From the human T2T-CHM13v2.0 reference genome, Homo sapiens, in the NCBI RefSeq assembly GCF_009914755.1, contig NC_060931.1: DNA of 64,000 nt; one strand, written 5' to 3'. The notes below the pieces were generated by a model. The model did no database searches. It worked only from the letters and a program-made list of their open reading frames with translations, and was not told the DNA's origin. Below are positions 29,201 through 44,149 of this stretch, piece by piece; position 1 is the first letter of the stretch; the number at the start of each line of letters is the position of its first letter. Position numbers and translations under genes: made by a program.

Positions 29201-32040
29201 GATTATTGATTTTATTTATTTTTTTTAAAAAACCAAGTTTTCATTTTATTGATATTATTACTGCTTTAGTCTCAATTTCATTTATTTCAGCTCTGATCTT
29301 CATTATATTGTTCATTTGATTAATTTTGATTTGTTTTTTTTTCTCCCTTTTGTATTTTCATGATGTTCACCATTAGGTTGTTCATTTGAAATCTTTCTTA
29401 TTTGATGTAGGCATTTATTGCTATAAAATTGTGTCCTAGTATTGCTTTTGCTCTCTCCTATATGATTTGGTATGTTGTATTTACATTTTCATTTGTTTCA
29501 ATAACATTTTTAATTTTCTAAAACTGCCTCATTGCTCAGGAGGATGTTGTTTAATTTTCATGTATTTTTGCAGTGTCCAAATTTCACCTTGTTCTTAATT
29601 TCTAGCGTCATTTTACTGTGGTCAGAAAAGATACTTGATGTGATTTTGACTTTAAAAATTTGTTGAGACTTTTTTTTGTTTAATATATGGTCTATAATAG
29701 AGAATGTTCTATCTATGTGCTGATGAAAAGAATGTGTATTCTTCTTTTGTTAAATGAAATGTTCTGTAAATGTCCTTTGGGTTCATTTCATCTAGAATGC
29801 AGTTGAAATTCAATGTTTCTTTGTTGACTTTATACCTGGATAATCTGTCCAATGCTAAGAGTGAGTTGTTGAAGTTCTCAGTTATTATTGTAGTGGAATC
29901 TATTTCTCCCTTTAGATATAGTAATATTTGCCTTATATATCTGGATGCTTGGGTGGTGGATGCATACATATTTACAATTCTTATATTCTCTGGCTGGATT
30001 GATCCCTTTATCATTATATGATGTACTTATTTGTCTCTTTTTACAGTTTTTGGATTATAGTCTATTTTATCTAAGTATAGCTTCTCATGTACATTTCTGT
30101 TTTCCATTTGTGTGGAATATCTTTTTCAAACCCTCTACTTTCAGTCTACTTTTATTTAATGTAAAAAAAGTTTTTAATACAGGGTCAAGCTTGGTCACCC
30201 AGGTTAGAGTGCAGTGAAGTGATCATAATTCATTGTAACCTTAAACTGTTGGGCTCAGGCAATCTCCCCACGTCAGCTTCCTAAGTATTTAGGAATACAG
30301 GCACCTTCCACCACCTGGCTAATTTTATTTATTCATTTGTAGACACAGAGTCTTGCTATGTTGCCCAGGTTGGTCTTAAACTTGTGGTCTCAAATGATCC
30401 TCTTACTTCAGCCTCTCAAAGTGCTAGGAACAGACATGCACCACCATGCCTGGCCCTATGTGTGTTTTCATAGGTGAAGTGATTTTCTTGTGGAAGCATA
30501 TAATTGTGTCTTGTTGTCTTATCCATTCAGCCAGTCTATATTTTTAATTGGAAATGTAATCCATTTACAAAGTTATTATTAATAGGTGAGGAATTACTCC
30601 TGTCATTTTCTAATCATTTTCTGGTTGCTTTGTATTTCCTTTGTTCCCTTCTTCCTCTATTATTTTTATTTGTGGCTTGGTAGTTTTCCACAGTGATAAG
30701 CTTTGACTCCTTTCTCTTTCTCATTGTATAGCTGCTCTATCAATGAGTTTTATACTTTTGTGTGTTTTCATGGTGCTAGTTATCATCTTTTCACTTCCAC
30801 ACGTGCAACTTCCTTAAGCATTTCTTGCAAAGTCAATCTAGTAGTAATGATGAATTCCCTCAGTGTTTGCTTGTCTGGGAAAGACTTTATTTCGCCTTCA
30901 GTTGTGAAGGATAGCTTTGCTGGGTATAGTATTCTTGCCAGCAGGTTTTTTTTTTCTTTCTTTCTTTCTTTCAGCACTTTGAATATATCATCTCAAGGTC
31001 TCCTGGCTTGTGAGGTTTCTGCTGAGACATATGCTGTTAGTCTAATGGAGTTTCTCTTATATGTGACTTGATGTTTTTCTCTTGCTGCTTTTAGAATTCA
31101 CTCTTTGTATTTGAATTTTGACAATTTGATTATAATGTGCCTTGAAGAGGACCTTTTTTGGTTAAATTAATTTGGTAACCTTTGAGCTTCCTGAATCTAG
31201 ATTCCATATGTCTCCAAGACTACAAAAGTTTTTAGCTGCTTTGTTATTTAATAGGTTTTCTATGCCTTTCTCATCTCTTCTCCATCTTAAAATCCTGTGA
31301 TACAATTATTTGTTCACTTAATGTGTCCTATAAGTTCTGTAGGGTTTTCTTTTTTCTTATGTATGTATGTGTGCATGTATGTATATATTTTTGTCTGTTT
31401 TATTCCTTCTAGTTCAGAAACTTTATTTTGCTTGATCAAATCTATTGTTGAAGCTCTTGATTGTATTTTTTATTTCATTCCTTGAATTCTTCTGCTCCAA
31501 GATTTCTGTTTTTTAATATCTATCTGTGTTGAATTTCTCACTTAGATTATAAATTGTTTTCCTGATTTCTTAAATTGTCTATCTGTATTCTCTTGTGTCA
31601 TGCTGAATTTCTTTAAGATAATTATTTTTAATTCCTTTTCAGTAGTCAGTGAATTTCCTTTTCTTTGTGGTCTTTTATGGGAAAATGGTTGTGTTCCTTT
31701 GGAGGTGTAATGTTTCCCTGCTTTTTCTTGTTTCTTGTGTCCTTTTGTTGATATTTGCACATCTGTGGGAACACTTGCCTCTTCCAATTTTATGGACTAG
31801 CTTTCGTAGGGAAAGATTTTTCCCTCTAGATGTGTCCTATAGTGTTTGCGTAGTGTGCTTTGGTTTTGGTTCTGAGTGGGCACAATAATGAGTCTCTGTG
31901 TAATTTTTTTTGGCTATTATTAACATCAATCATATCTGCAATGCCTCAATGGCCTAGACTGTGGGTGTTTGTGGAGGCAATGGTTCAGTTTTGCTTGGGT
32001 CAGAGGACTGGTGGACAGGCTAGTCCTCAGTGCCTAAGGG
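26265..32040 (-). mobile_element. Near full-length L1MA (MA4/5-like), dead
   Basis: 3'UTR at ~26270; continuous ORF2 antisense; endonuclease fragment ORF 29709-30014 (IKGSIQPENIRIVNMYA..DIYRTFH); ORF1 C-terminus 30783-30977 (RILYPAKLSF). Confidence 0.92.
30165..30455 (-). mobile_element. AluJ nested in L1MA
   Basis: Diverged reverse Alu ending 'caccatgcctggcc'. Confidence 0.9.
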
Positions 32041-32334
32041 AGACACTTTCATGAAGAATTCCAATATTTACTTTTAAACACTTGAGTTAAAGTGTAGTTA
32101 TTTATTTGTTGTTTTGCTCCTTCCTTTTGGATAAGACAAACATTGGGTACCTCTAATCACTCATCTTGATGATGTGTCTCCCATTTTATCCATTTTTTCA
32201 AAAAAGTTTGTCATTTTATTTGAGATTACATTGATTCTGCATACCAATTTGAGAAGATTTTCCATCTTCAAAGCATTAAATCTTCACATCTATGGACATG
32301 GTATATGTATCCATTTATTATTGCTTTCTTTAAA

Positions 32335-32645
32335 TTAATTTTAACCTTTGTTTTAGATTCAGGGATACATATGCATGTTTGTTACATAGGTATATTGTGC
32401 AATGTGAAGAGTGGGGTATTAATTATTCCATCAACAAGATGGTGAGTGTAATACCCAACTGGTAGTTTTTCAGCCCTTGCCTGCTTTTCTTTCCCTGCCT
32501 CTAGTAGTCCCTAATGTCTATTGCTCCCATCTTTATGTCAATGTGTTCCCAATGTTTAGCTTCCACTTATAAGTGAGAACATGTGTATTTGGTTTTCTAT
32601 TTCTCCACTAATTTGCTTAATATAACGGCCTCCAACTGCATCGTT
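32335..32645 (-). mobile_element. Older L1PA 3' end
   Basis: 'ttttagattcagggatacatatgcatgtttgttacatagg...ccacttataagtgagaacatg'. Confidence 0.85.
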
Positions 32646-32649
32646 TTTA

Positions 32650-34383
32650 TTTCTCTTTGCAAAGTTTTGTTGTTTTCATTATAAGGTTTTGCACATAGAT
32701 TATAAAATTTATTTCCAGGTATTTTAAAATTATGCAATTCAAAATGGTTATTTTCTTTTAATTTTGAAATAATTTTAGATTTAAAGAGAAGTTGCAATAA
32801 TAGTACAAAGATTACGTACATTCTTCACTTGGCTTCTTTAATGCTAATGTCTTGTATTAGTATAAAGTAATGAAACTAATAAATTAAAATTTATATAATG
32901 CTATTAACTTCTCTACAGATGTAATTTGAATTGCATCAGTTTTTGCATTAATGCCCTTTTTCTGTTCCAGGATCCAGTCTAGTATTCCAAACTGCATTTA
33001 CTTATCATGCTTCCTTACAGTCTTCTAATCTGTGACAATTCCTTAGTTATCTTTTGTCTTTCATGATCTTGACTCTTGGAGTACTAGTTAGTCATTTAGT
33101 AAACTGTTCTTCAATTGAAGTAATTTTAATATTTTCTCTTTCTGTTTCTGTCCATTTTTTGGCATAAAAAAGTTACGCTTTTCATAATGATTTATACTAG
33201 GCGTATAGGAGGACAATATATCTTATTTTTGGTAGCACTGGTCATTGATCATGTGATTAAGATAGTGAATTCTAATTTGTGTGTTGCAAATTTGCTATTT
33301 TTTTCCTTTAAAATTGATGAATATATTAGCAAATATACTGTGAGACTATTCAAATATTTGATTTCTTCTTAAACCTTTGTCTATTAATTTTAAAAATCAT
33401 TAGACTATGTTTCCAGCAACAATGTTATTGTGATGGTCTAATGGTCATTTTTTATTTTCCTAATTTCTTCTACATTGATTGATAGGAATTTTCTATAAGG
33501 AACAGCTGTCCCTTCTCCTCAGTTTAAAATATTCTATCATTTATTTATTTACATTTATTTATATCATTAAAAACTCATTTATATTTAGTTTATCATTTTA
33601 GTAAAATAATATACCACTTCCCATGTAATATAAGGATTTTACAGGATTATACTCCTAATTGCTCCCTCTCAATTGTGCTTTCGCTATGTAATATTGTACT
33701 TTTACGTGTACTATGAACACACAGAATGTTACTGCTATTCTTGCTTTAGGCAGTCAGTTATCTTATAAATTTTTTAAAATAGAAAAACATTATTATATGT
33801 ATTCAATTATAGTGCTTTCGCTATGTAATATTGTACTTTTACGTGTACTATGAACACACAGAATATTACTGCTGTTCTTGCTTTAGGCAATCAGTTATCT
33901 TATAAATTTTTTAAAATAGCAAAACATTATTATATGTATTCAATTATAGTGCATCTCAATTATTTGTTCAGATCTAAGTTTGCATCTGAAGAATTTCCTT
34001 TAACAAGTTCTATAGTATAGAATTTTTTCCAATAAATTCAGTTTTTGTTTTGCTAAAAGGGTCTATATGCTGCCTTAATTGGAAAGATATCTTCACTGGG
34101 TAGAGAGAATTCAGGGTTGCCACCTGGCTTTCTTTTCCACTTGCTTTTTTCACTTTAACTATATAATTCCAGTGTCTAGCCTTTTTGCATGCCATCCCAT
34201 GAGAAGGGCGCTGTTATTCTTATCTTTGTTACAATGTTTGTGATGTATCTTTTTTCTCTGGATGTCTTTCAAATGTTCTCATTTTCAGCTGTTTATATAT
34301 GATATGCCTAAGGGTTTTTTCTTTAAATCTTAGTATCCCCTCACCTTATTGGATGTTTGGTTTGCTGTATGTCATTATCTCTC
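32650..34383 (-). mobile_element. Ancient L1M (MC/ME) fragments, host of the L1PB
   Basis: L1MC-type 3' end at ~32760; ORF1-like antisense at 34010-34383. Confidence 0.7.
33675..33952. repeat. 137-bp direct tandem duplication
   Basis: 33675-33811 vs 33812-33948, 4 substitutions, GTGC at both ends. Confidence 0.97.
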
Positions 34384-35700
34384 TTTTTTTTTTTTTTTGC
34401 TTGTTTCAGTAGGTTTTGGGGGAATAGGTGGTGTTTTGTTAAATGGATAAGCTGTTTAGTGGTGATTTCTGAGATTTTGGTGCAACCATCACCCGAGCAG
34501 TGTACAGTGCACCCAATGGGTAGTCATTTAATCCTCACCTCCCTCCCACCCTTCCTTGTGAGTCCCCAAAGTCCATTGTATCATTTTCCTGCCTTTGCAT
34601 CCTAATACTGTAGCTTCCACTTACAAGTGATAAAATATGATGTTTAGTTTTTCATTCCTGAGTTACTTCGCTTAGAATAATGATCTCCACCTCCATCCAG
34701 GTTGATACAAATGCCATTATTTCCTTTATTTTTATGGCTGAGCAGTATTTCATGGTGTGTGTATATATATATATATTTATATGGTTATATGTGTATATAT
34801 AACCATAAAGAAACTATACCTACACACATAAATAACATATATGAGAAACCACATATATATATATATATGTAACATATATATATATGTTACATATATTGGC
34901 ATGGATGTGGTAAAAGGAAACACTTTTATACGGCTGATGGGAATGTGAACAAGTACAAATCACTATGGAAAACACTATGAAGATTACTTAAAGAACTAAA
35001 ATTGGAGCTACCATTTGATCCAGCAATCTCACATTTACTTTATGGTTATATATATATATCCATATTTATATATTTATATAAATATAAATTTATATATATA
35101 CATTTTATATATATACATACAATTATATATATACATTTTATATATACACATATATAAAACCACATTTTATTTACAGGTAGATATATATGTCTCCCTCCAC
35201 ATTTTCTTTATCCACTGGTTGATTGATGGGCATTTGGGCTGGTTCCTTGTTTTTGTGACTGCAAATTGTGCTGCTATAAACACATGTGGGCAAGTGTCTT
35301 TTCATATAATGACTTCTTTTCCTCTGGGTATATACCCAGTAGTGGGATTACTGGATCAAATGGTAGCTCTAATTTGAGTTCTTTAAGAAATCTCCATAGT
35401 GTTTTCCATAGTAGTTGTACTAGTTGACATTCCCACCAGCAGTGTAAAAGTGTTCACTTTTCACCACATCCATGCCAACATACATTATTTTTTTATTTTT
35501 TATTTGTGACCATTCTCGCAGTGGTAAGGTGGTATTGCATTGTGGTTTTAATTTGCAACTCCCTGATAATTAGTGATGTTGACCATATTTCCATGTTTGC
35601 CAGCCATTTGTTTATCTTGTTTGAGAATTGTATATTTGTGTCCTTAGCCTACTTTATGACGAGACTGTTTTTGTTTTGCTGATTTGAGTTCCTTGAGTTG
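34384..35700 (-). mobile_element. L1PB (PB1-like) 3' portion
   Basis: PolyT then 'ggtttttggggg...ggtgatttctgagattttggtgca...catcacccgagcagtgtac'-type 3'UTR; end of ORF2. Confidence 0.92.
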
Positions 35701-35930
35701 AGTATATATACATTTCCATATATGTGTGTATATATATATACACACACACAACTACACATGCACACGTTTATATATATATACCTTATATATACATTTCATA
35801 TATATATATACACACCATATATATATAAATATACACACACACACACATTTCCTTCGTGTGTGTGTGTGTGTGAAGGAAAAGAGAAAGAGAACAAGATTTA
35901 AAAAAAAAGTATTTGAAGAATTAATGGCTG

Positions 35931-38774
35931 GCAGAAAAAAAAAAGGTAGATGGAAGGCAGGACTAACTTGCAGCTCCTACTCAAATGGACCAAGCAGCAT
36001 GTGGAAATTCACACTGTGAACTTTTGCTACAAGAACTACTGCAGTAACATGCTGCAAACTCCATGAGACAGTCAAAAACCTGGGAATGCCCAAAGTGTGA
36101 GAGAGGGAAAGTCTGCCTCCAAACACACATCCTCAATGAGGAACCTGAAAATCCAGATCACAGGAGGATTTAACCTTACCTAGAGCTGAAATGAATTTAG
36201 AAAGCTGAGTGAAATATAAAAGTAGAAGAAACAGCTGAAAGGGCCTGATAGGCACTCCCAGTCCCCAGGAAACCCAGGGAAGCCATTTCTGACATTACTT
36301 GCACAGGGGTCCTTGGGGAGGGCTGCCCCCGAGTTGGGGAAGGACCAAAGGGAGAAGGAAACTTCCAGCTGAACTTTGTAATAATTTCATCAGAGCATGA
36401 ATTTTTCTGGGCAGAATCAGGGCGTTGGGGGTGGAAAACAGGAAGTGCAGATACATGCACAGAAGCCACAGCAGGCAGGGAGGGACAGGATCTGAAAACC
36501 CTGCTTACTTTCTCAGTGATGAGGCTTGTAGCCTGGGGCAAGATCTCAGCCCTGCTTACCAGCTGCATGAATATAAACTCAGTGCTGTTAGTGGGACACG
36601 GTGGGAGTGAGACTGGCCTTGCTGGCTGCGTTGTGAGCTGAGTGAGGCCTTTCACTGCTGACTTTCTCCTACTTTGCTGGTGATCTGTATGACACAGCAG
36701 AGGCAACCATAATCCCCCTGGGAACATGACTCCATTGGCCTGAGACTCACACTCCCAATCCCCACAGTTGCTTCAGCAACCCCACCCAAGGACACTATGA
36801 CCTCTGACATGCCTAATTCTGCCCGCACCAGATGACCTTTCTCTACCTGCCGTGGTAGCCAAAGACAAAAGACATAAACTCTTAGCAGCTCTGTGTCCCC
36901 ACCCATCACCTGAGAAACCCGAATATTTATCCAGGTGATCTATGGCAAGGCTGTGTCCACCCCATACTAACACAGCTGATGCTCTCCTGAAAACATCACA
37001 GCCTGGCTGCAGGCCAATCAACTCAAGCCATTACAGCGACTCATAATAGAACAACCCTGCTCCGAGACAGGAGAAAACAATAGTTAATTCCACCACTTGT
37101 AACGTCCTGTCTAGCCAGAGGTGCTGAGTCTGTCTACATGACAACTTCACTGCTAGCACAACCAGAATTCTAGAAAATCAGGGCACTAAACAAAACTACA
37201 ATCAAGGACCCTCACAGAGTCCACTTCATTCCCCTTCTGCCTCTATTGGAGCAGGTGCTGGTATCCACAGCTAAAAAACCTGAAGACAGTTCACATCACA
37301 GGATGCATTGCAGACATTCCCCATTATCAGTCCAAAGCCTGGTAGTTCTGGTGGGTGGCTAGACCCAAAAGAGCAATAACCATTACTGCATTCTGGCTTT
37401 CAGGAAGCCCCATCCCTAGGAGAAGGGGTAGAGCACCATATAAAGGGATCACCCCGTGGGACAAAAGAATCTAAAGAGTAGCCCTTGAGCCCCAGATCTT
37501 TCCTTTGACATAGTCTACCCAAATGAGAAGGAACAAGAAAAACAATTCTGGTAATATGACAAAGCAAGGTTCTTTAACACCCCCAAAAGATTACAGCAGC
37601 TCACAAGCAATGGATCCAAACAAAGATGAAATCTCTGAATTGCCAGAGAAAAAATTAAGAGTCTATTATTAAGCTAATCAAGGAGGCATCAGAGAAAGGT
37701 GAAGTCCAACTTAAAGAAATTAAAAAATATATATACATAATATGAATAGAAAAATCCTCGTGAGATAGATAGCATAGATAAAAAATAATCAAAACTTCTG
37801 GAAATCAAGGACACACTTAGAGAAATGCAAAATTCACTGGAAAGTCTCAGCAATAGAATTGAACAAGTACCAGAAACAACTTCAGAGCTCGAAGACAAGG
37901 TTTTCAAATTAACCCAATCTGACAAAGACAAAAAAAAAATTTTTTAAAAACTGAACAAAGCCTCCAAGAAGTTTGGGATTATGTTAAATGACCAGACTTA
38001 AAAATAATTGGCATTCCTGAGGAAGAAGAGAAATCTGAAAGTTTGAAAACCATATTTGAGTGAATAATCAAGGAAATCTTCCCTGACATTGCTAGAGATC
38101 TAGACATCCAAATACAAGAAGCCCAAAGAACACCAGGGAGATTCATCACAAAAAGATAATCACCTAGGCACATAGTCATCAGGGTATTTAAAGTCAAGAC
38201 AAAGGGGAGAATCTTAAGAGCTGTGAGGCAAAAGCATCAGGTAAACTGCAAAGGAAAACATATCAGATTAACAGCAGATTTCTCAGCAGAAACTATACAA
38301 GTTAGAAGGGACTGGGGTCCTATATTTAGCCTCCTTAAACAAAACAATTATCAGCCAAAAATTTTGTACCCAGCAAAACTAAGCTTCATAAATAAAGTAA
38401 ATATAGAGGCTTTTTCAAACAAATAAATGCTGAGAGAATTTGCCACTACCACGCCAGCACTAGAAGAACAGCTAAAAGGAGCTCTAAATGTTGAAAGAAA
38501 TTCTCAAAATGCACCAAAATAGAATCTCTTTAAAGCATAAATTTGACAGGACCTATAAAACAATAACACAATAAAAACAACCACAACAACAAGGTATTCA
38601 GGCAACAAATAGCACGATGAATAGAACAATACCTCACATCTTAATACTAATGTTGAAGTAAATGGCCTAAATGCTCCCCTTAAAAGATACAGAATGGCAG
38701 ACTGGATAAGAATTCACTAACCAAGTGTCTGTTGTCTTCAAGGACTCACCTGACACATAAGGACTCACATAAAG
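35931..38774 (+). mobile_element. L1PB 5'UTR + ORF1 + start of ORF2
   Basis: 'aggcaggactaacttgcagctcc' 5' end; ORF1 remnants (IRLTADFSAET, ILYPAKLSF); ORF2 start ~38617 MNRTIPHI...NGLNAPLKRYR; ends abruptly. Confidence 0.92.
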
Positions 38775-38787
38775 TATATATATTTCC

Positions 38788-38789
<2 letters not shown>

Positions 38790-38836
<47 letters not shown>
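38790..38836. repeat. (TG)~23 microsatellite
   Basis: Visible directly; probably length-polymorphic. Confidence 0.97.
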
Positions 38837-38842
<6 letters not shown>

Positions 38843-39173
38843 TTCAGCTCCTTTAGCAGTATTAAAAATTACTTTTACTCAATCACTGCTGGGCTGGTGA
38901 TGGAAGATACAGGGACATGTTATTTAATGTTCTATTTAAGCTTCAGTCTTAGTCATATAGTGTGTCTTTGAGTCTCCCAGGTTAAAAACTGCACAGGTAC
39001 TTCTATTACTACTGAAGCTGTTGTTCTGGGTCCAGTATTTATTTTCTCCCCTTTACAAGGAGTAGAATATGTCATTTTCTGTATTTTTTTCTCTTAGATG
39101 CAATGACTTTTCACCAGTGACCTATGGAAGACAGTTTTTGATGTTCTTTTTTTGGATATTAGGCTTTCTTTTC

Positions 39174-40514
<1,341 letters not shown>

Positions 40515-40849
40515 TAAGTAGGGTCCAGTGATATTTCTTGCCCTTTATACAGTTGCTTCCTTCTTTCTCAGGGTTGAGCCAACAGGGAAACTCTCTCAGG
40601 AATCTTCCCAGTTGCTCCTGTGATCACATCCACAATTATGAGTGTCACCCAACCATGAGTTACCAAGAAGATGGCCAAGGGCTGGTTTTCTTTCCTCTCA
40701 ACAAATACAGAATTATGTTTTCTAAGTAGAACTGGAAGGATTGCAAGTTTGGCAGATATGTGATATTTGATATTGAATAGGCTGAAAAGCATAGATTTGA
40801 AAAGTATTCTAAGGCTGTATGTCATAAAATAACAAAAATGTTGATGGAA

Positions 40850-41610
40850 ATGTAATATGACAAAGAGCTGATACAAAATCGAGGACACTTATAATACTAA
40901 ATGTTGGTAAGAATGTGGAGCAACAGGAACTCTCATTCATTGCTGGTGGAAACACAAAATAATACAGCCACGGTGGAAGAGAGTTTGGCCATTTCCTACA
41001 AAACTAAACACACTCTTGCCACATAATGTAACAGTTGTGTTCCTTGGTATTTACCCAAGGAGTTGAAAACTTAGGCCCACAGAAAAACCTTCTAGAAAAA
41101 CATGGATGTTTCTAGAAGCTTTATTCATAACTGCCAAAACTTGCAATCAACCAAGATATCCTTCAGTGGGTAAATGGGTACAACCAGACAATTGAATATT
41201 ATTCATTGCTAAAAAGAAATTAGCCATTAAGCCATAAACAGATACAAAGGGAGCTTAAATGTGTGCTACTAAGTGAAAGACGCCAAACTGAAAGGGCTAC
41301 ATATGGTATAATTCCAACCATATGATGTTCTGAAAAAGTCAAAACTATGGAGAGAGTAAAAAGTTCAGTGGTTGCTAGAAGTTAGGGGAGAGAAAGGGAT
41401 GAATAAGCACACCACGGGATTTTTAGGGCAGTGAAAATACCTTGCACGACACTATAATGGTAGGTACATGCTATTATAAATTTGTTTGAGTTCATAGAAT
41501 GTACAAAACTAAGTGAAGTTGCAACGTTAAGTGAATCTTAATGTAAACCACTGACTTTGGGTGATAATGATGGGTTGGTGTGGTTTCATTAATCGTAACA
41601 AATGTACCAG
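40850..41610 (+). mobile_element. L1MC/MD 3' region
   Basis: 'gtggagcaacaggaactctcattcattgctggtgg', 'actttgggtgataatgatg...aacaaatgtacca'. Confidence 0.85.
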
Positions 41611-42719
41611 TAACTGTCCCAGTTGTAATCATCAGTTTTCAAATTCTTTTGGGCTGGTAAAAATTGTACATTCTGCGAATGGACAGACTAACAGAATACA
41701 GCAATATCACTGTGTGGTGTGGTGAGAAGAATCGTGATTACAAGCAAGAGTTATAGGCATAAATTATTAGAATGAAACAAAATAGACATCTACATTGAGA
41801 AATCTTCCTAGCAGTAAGGGGAGTGAACACACTACAAATCAAAATTCAAATACCTTGTAAACTGAAGCAAATTGCCTCTCCCTTTGTAACACTCTAGGCA
41901 CCAGAAACAATAGCAGAAAGAAAAACATTAAAATATGCCTAGCATCTTTTCATCTCCATGTTATAAATACCTATGACTGAAAATCAGTATCATATCACAT
42001 TAATTTACACTTACCTAGATCTAGTTGTCAATGCTTAAGATTTATCTTAGTCTGATAAATACTTCCTCTATTCTCAGAAAGACTCATTTTGCTAAAGATA
42101 TTTCTCATTGGGCAATTTTTTTCCAATTTTTTTCTTCTTCAAATATCCTAAGTTCCCCCAATCTAAATTTTAAATAGCTGGAAAGCAAAATCCCCTAATT
42201 TTCCCACATTGTGCACGAAAAAGAGCTTAACACTTCATTAAAATCAAGTAAATAGACAATTATAAATAATAGTATATTAAATATTCATGTATTCTCTACC
42301 CAATAATAGTTACTTGCTGGTGGGAGAAATTTATCCTATTCCAATTGCACTGCTTAGTGAGAAAATAGCCGAATTATTGAATAACTAATGTTTTATGCTC
42401 CATTTACCTTAATCTTTCATGATTATGATCTCTTGGTGATTTTATCTTCTAATAATCTTAAGCGTTATACTTTTAAGCCATCTGAACTCACAAACTATAG
42501 AGCTAAACAAAATCACCCAAAAAGATCCAGGTATTGTGATATGGAAGTGGTTGGGATTGGCACTTCTGTGTCTCCTCCTCAAAGCATAGGTGCTGATGCT
42601 AGGTTGCAGGAAAACAGGTGGGCACTTGTCATGTGTTACTTAAAAAAAGAGTAATTTATATTAAACCTATAGAAAAATATATGGAATAATATAATAAACA
42701 GGTACCCAGTTTCCAGCTT

Positions 42720-43010
42720 GGCTTATTCTTAATATATTTTATATATATGTATATTTATATATATTTATATCTGATATAAATATATCATATATATAAATTT
42801 GCATTTTTTTAAAGAATATATATTTGTATATATTTTATATATATAAGAATATATATATTCTGTTAGCACTATAGATAATATATGTCATATATATGATATA
42901 TAATATATTCTGATAACACTATATATAGTGTTAAGAATATATATATTCTCTTAAAAATACAAAAATATATAAAATATATATATTCTTTTAAAAACTATAA
43001 ATATAATTTA
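42720..43010. repeat. TA-rich low-complexity tract with nested palindromes
   Basis: TAACACTATATATAGTGTTA (42914-42933); AGAATATATATATTCT twice. Confidence 0.85.
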
Positions 43011-43189
43011 ACTCCCAGATGGTTCCCATCCCAATCTCATTTCCATGTCTCCATCCCCAAAAGAATCCTCACTAGAATTTTCATTTTTTAATTCCAGACC
43101 TATTTATATTCTTTTGCTACATATGTTTACATCAATATAAAGCTTACATTTAATTTGTGTTTGCACTTATGTATTTTAAATGAGTCAAA

Positions 43190-43520
43190 GTTGTGGCCCT
43201 TTCAGGCTGCTATAACAAAGTATTATAGACACGTGGCTTACAAACAACAGCAATTTATGTCTTACAGTTCTGAAGGCCGGGAGGTGTAAAATAAAGGTGC
43301 TGGCAGTTTGGTGCCTGGTGAAGGCCCACTTCCTTGTTCATAGACCTCTGTCTTTTTGCTGTGTCCTTACATGGAAGAAGGGGCAAGGCACTAAACTCTA
43401 ATAAAAATGACATAATGACCAAATCACTTACCAAGGGCCCCACCTACTAATACCATCATCTTGGAGGTTATAACTTCAACATATGGATTTTGGGGGAAAA
43501 CAAACATTCAGACCATAGCA
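43190..43520 (-). mobile_element. MLT1A/MSTD-like MaLR LTR
   Basis: 'caggctgctataacaaagta...acaaacattcagaccatagca'. Confidence 0.88.
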
Positions 43521-43796
43521 GTTCCTAATGTGGAGAACTTGACATTATTATTTTTTCATGAAAAGTATGAATTTAGTGGAGAATACCAGGCCTGTCATCA
43601 AGAAACAGCCGTAGATTGGTGCTAGAGGTTTGGACTTGAAACCAGAAGGTCTAGTGTTAAACTGTGGCTAAAACTGTATGTCCTTGGCAAGTTCCACTAC
43701 CACTCTGCAGATTAAAAAAAAATGAAGAAAATACCTACTTCCTTGAATTTTGTAACATTTATGTAAAATATGGCATACAGAATTGAGAAGCTATGA

Positions 43797-44149
<353 letters not shown>

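Noticed and set aside
36197-37021. 176-aa ORF and neighbours in a GC-richer stretch
   Set aside because: They lie in the L1PB 5'UTR; long frames follow from GC content, and CpG is depleted so this is not a CpG island
34384-38774. Twin priming as the cause of the L1PB inversion
   Set aside because: Host L1M flank is inverted along with the 5' half and no TSD brackets the structure
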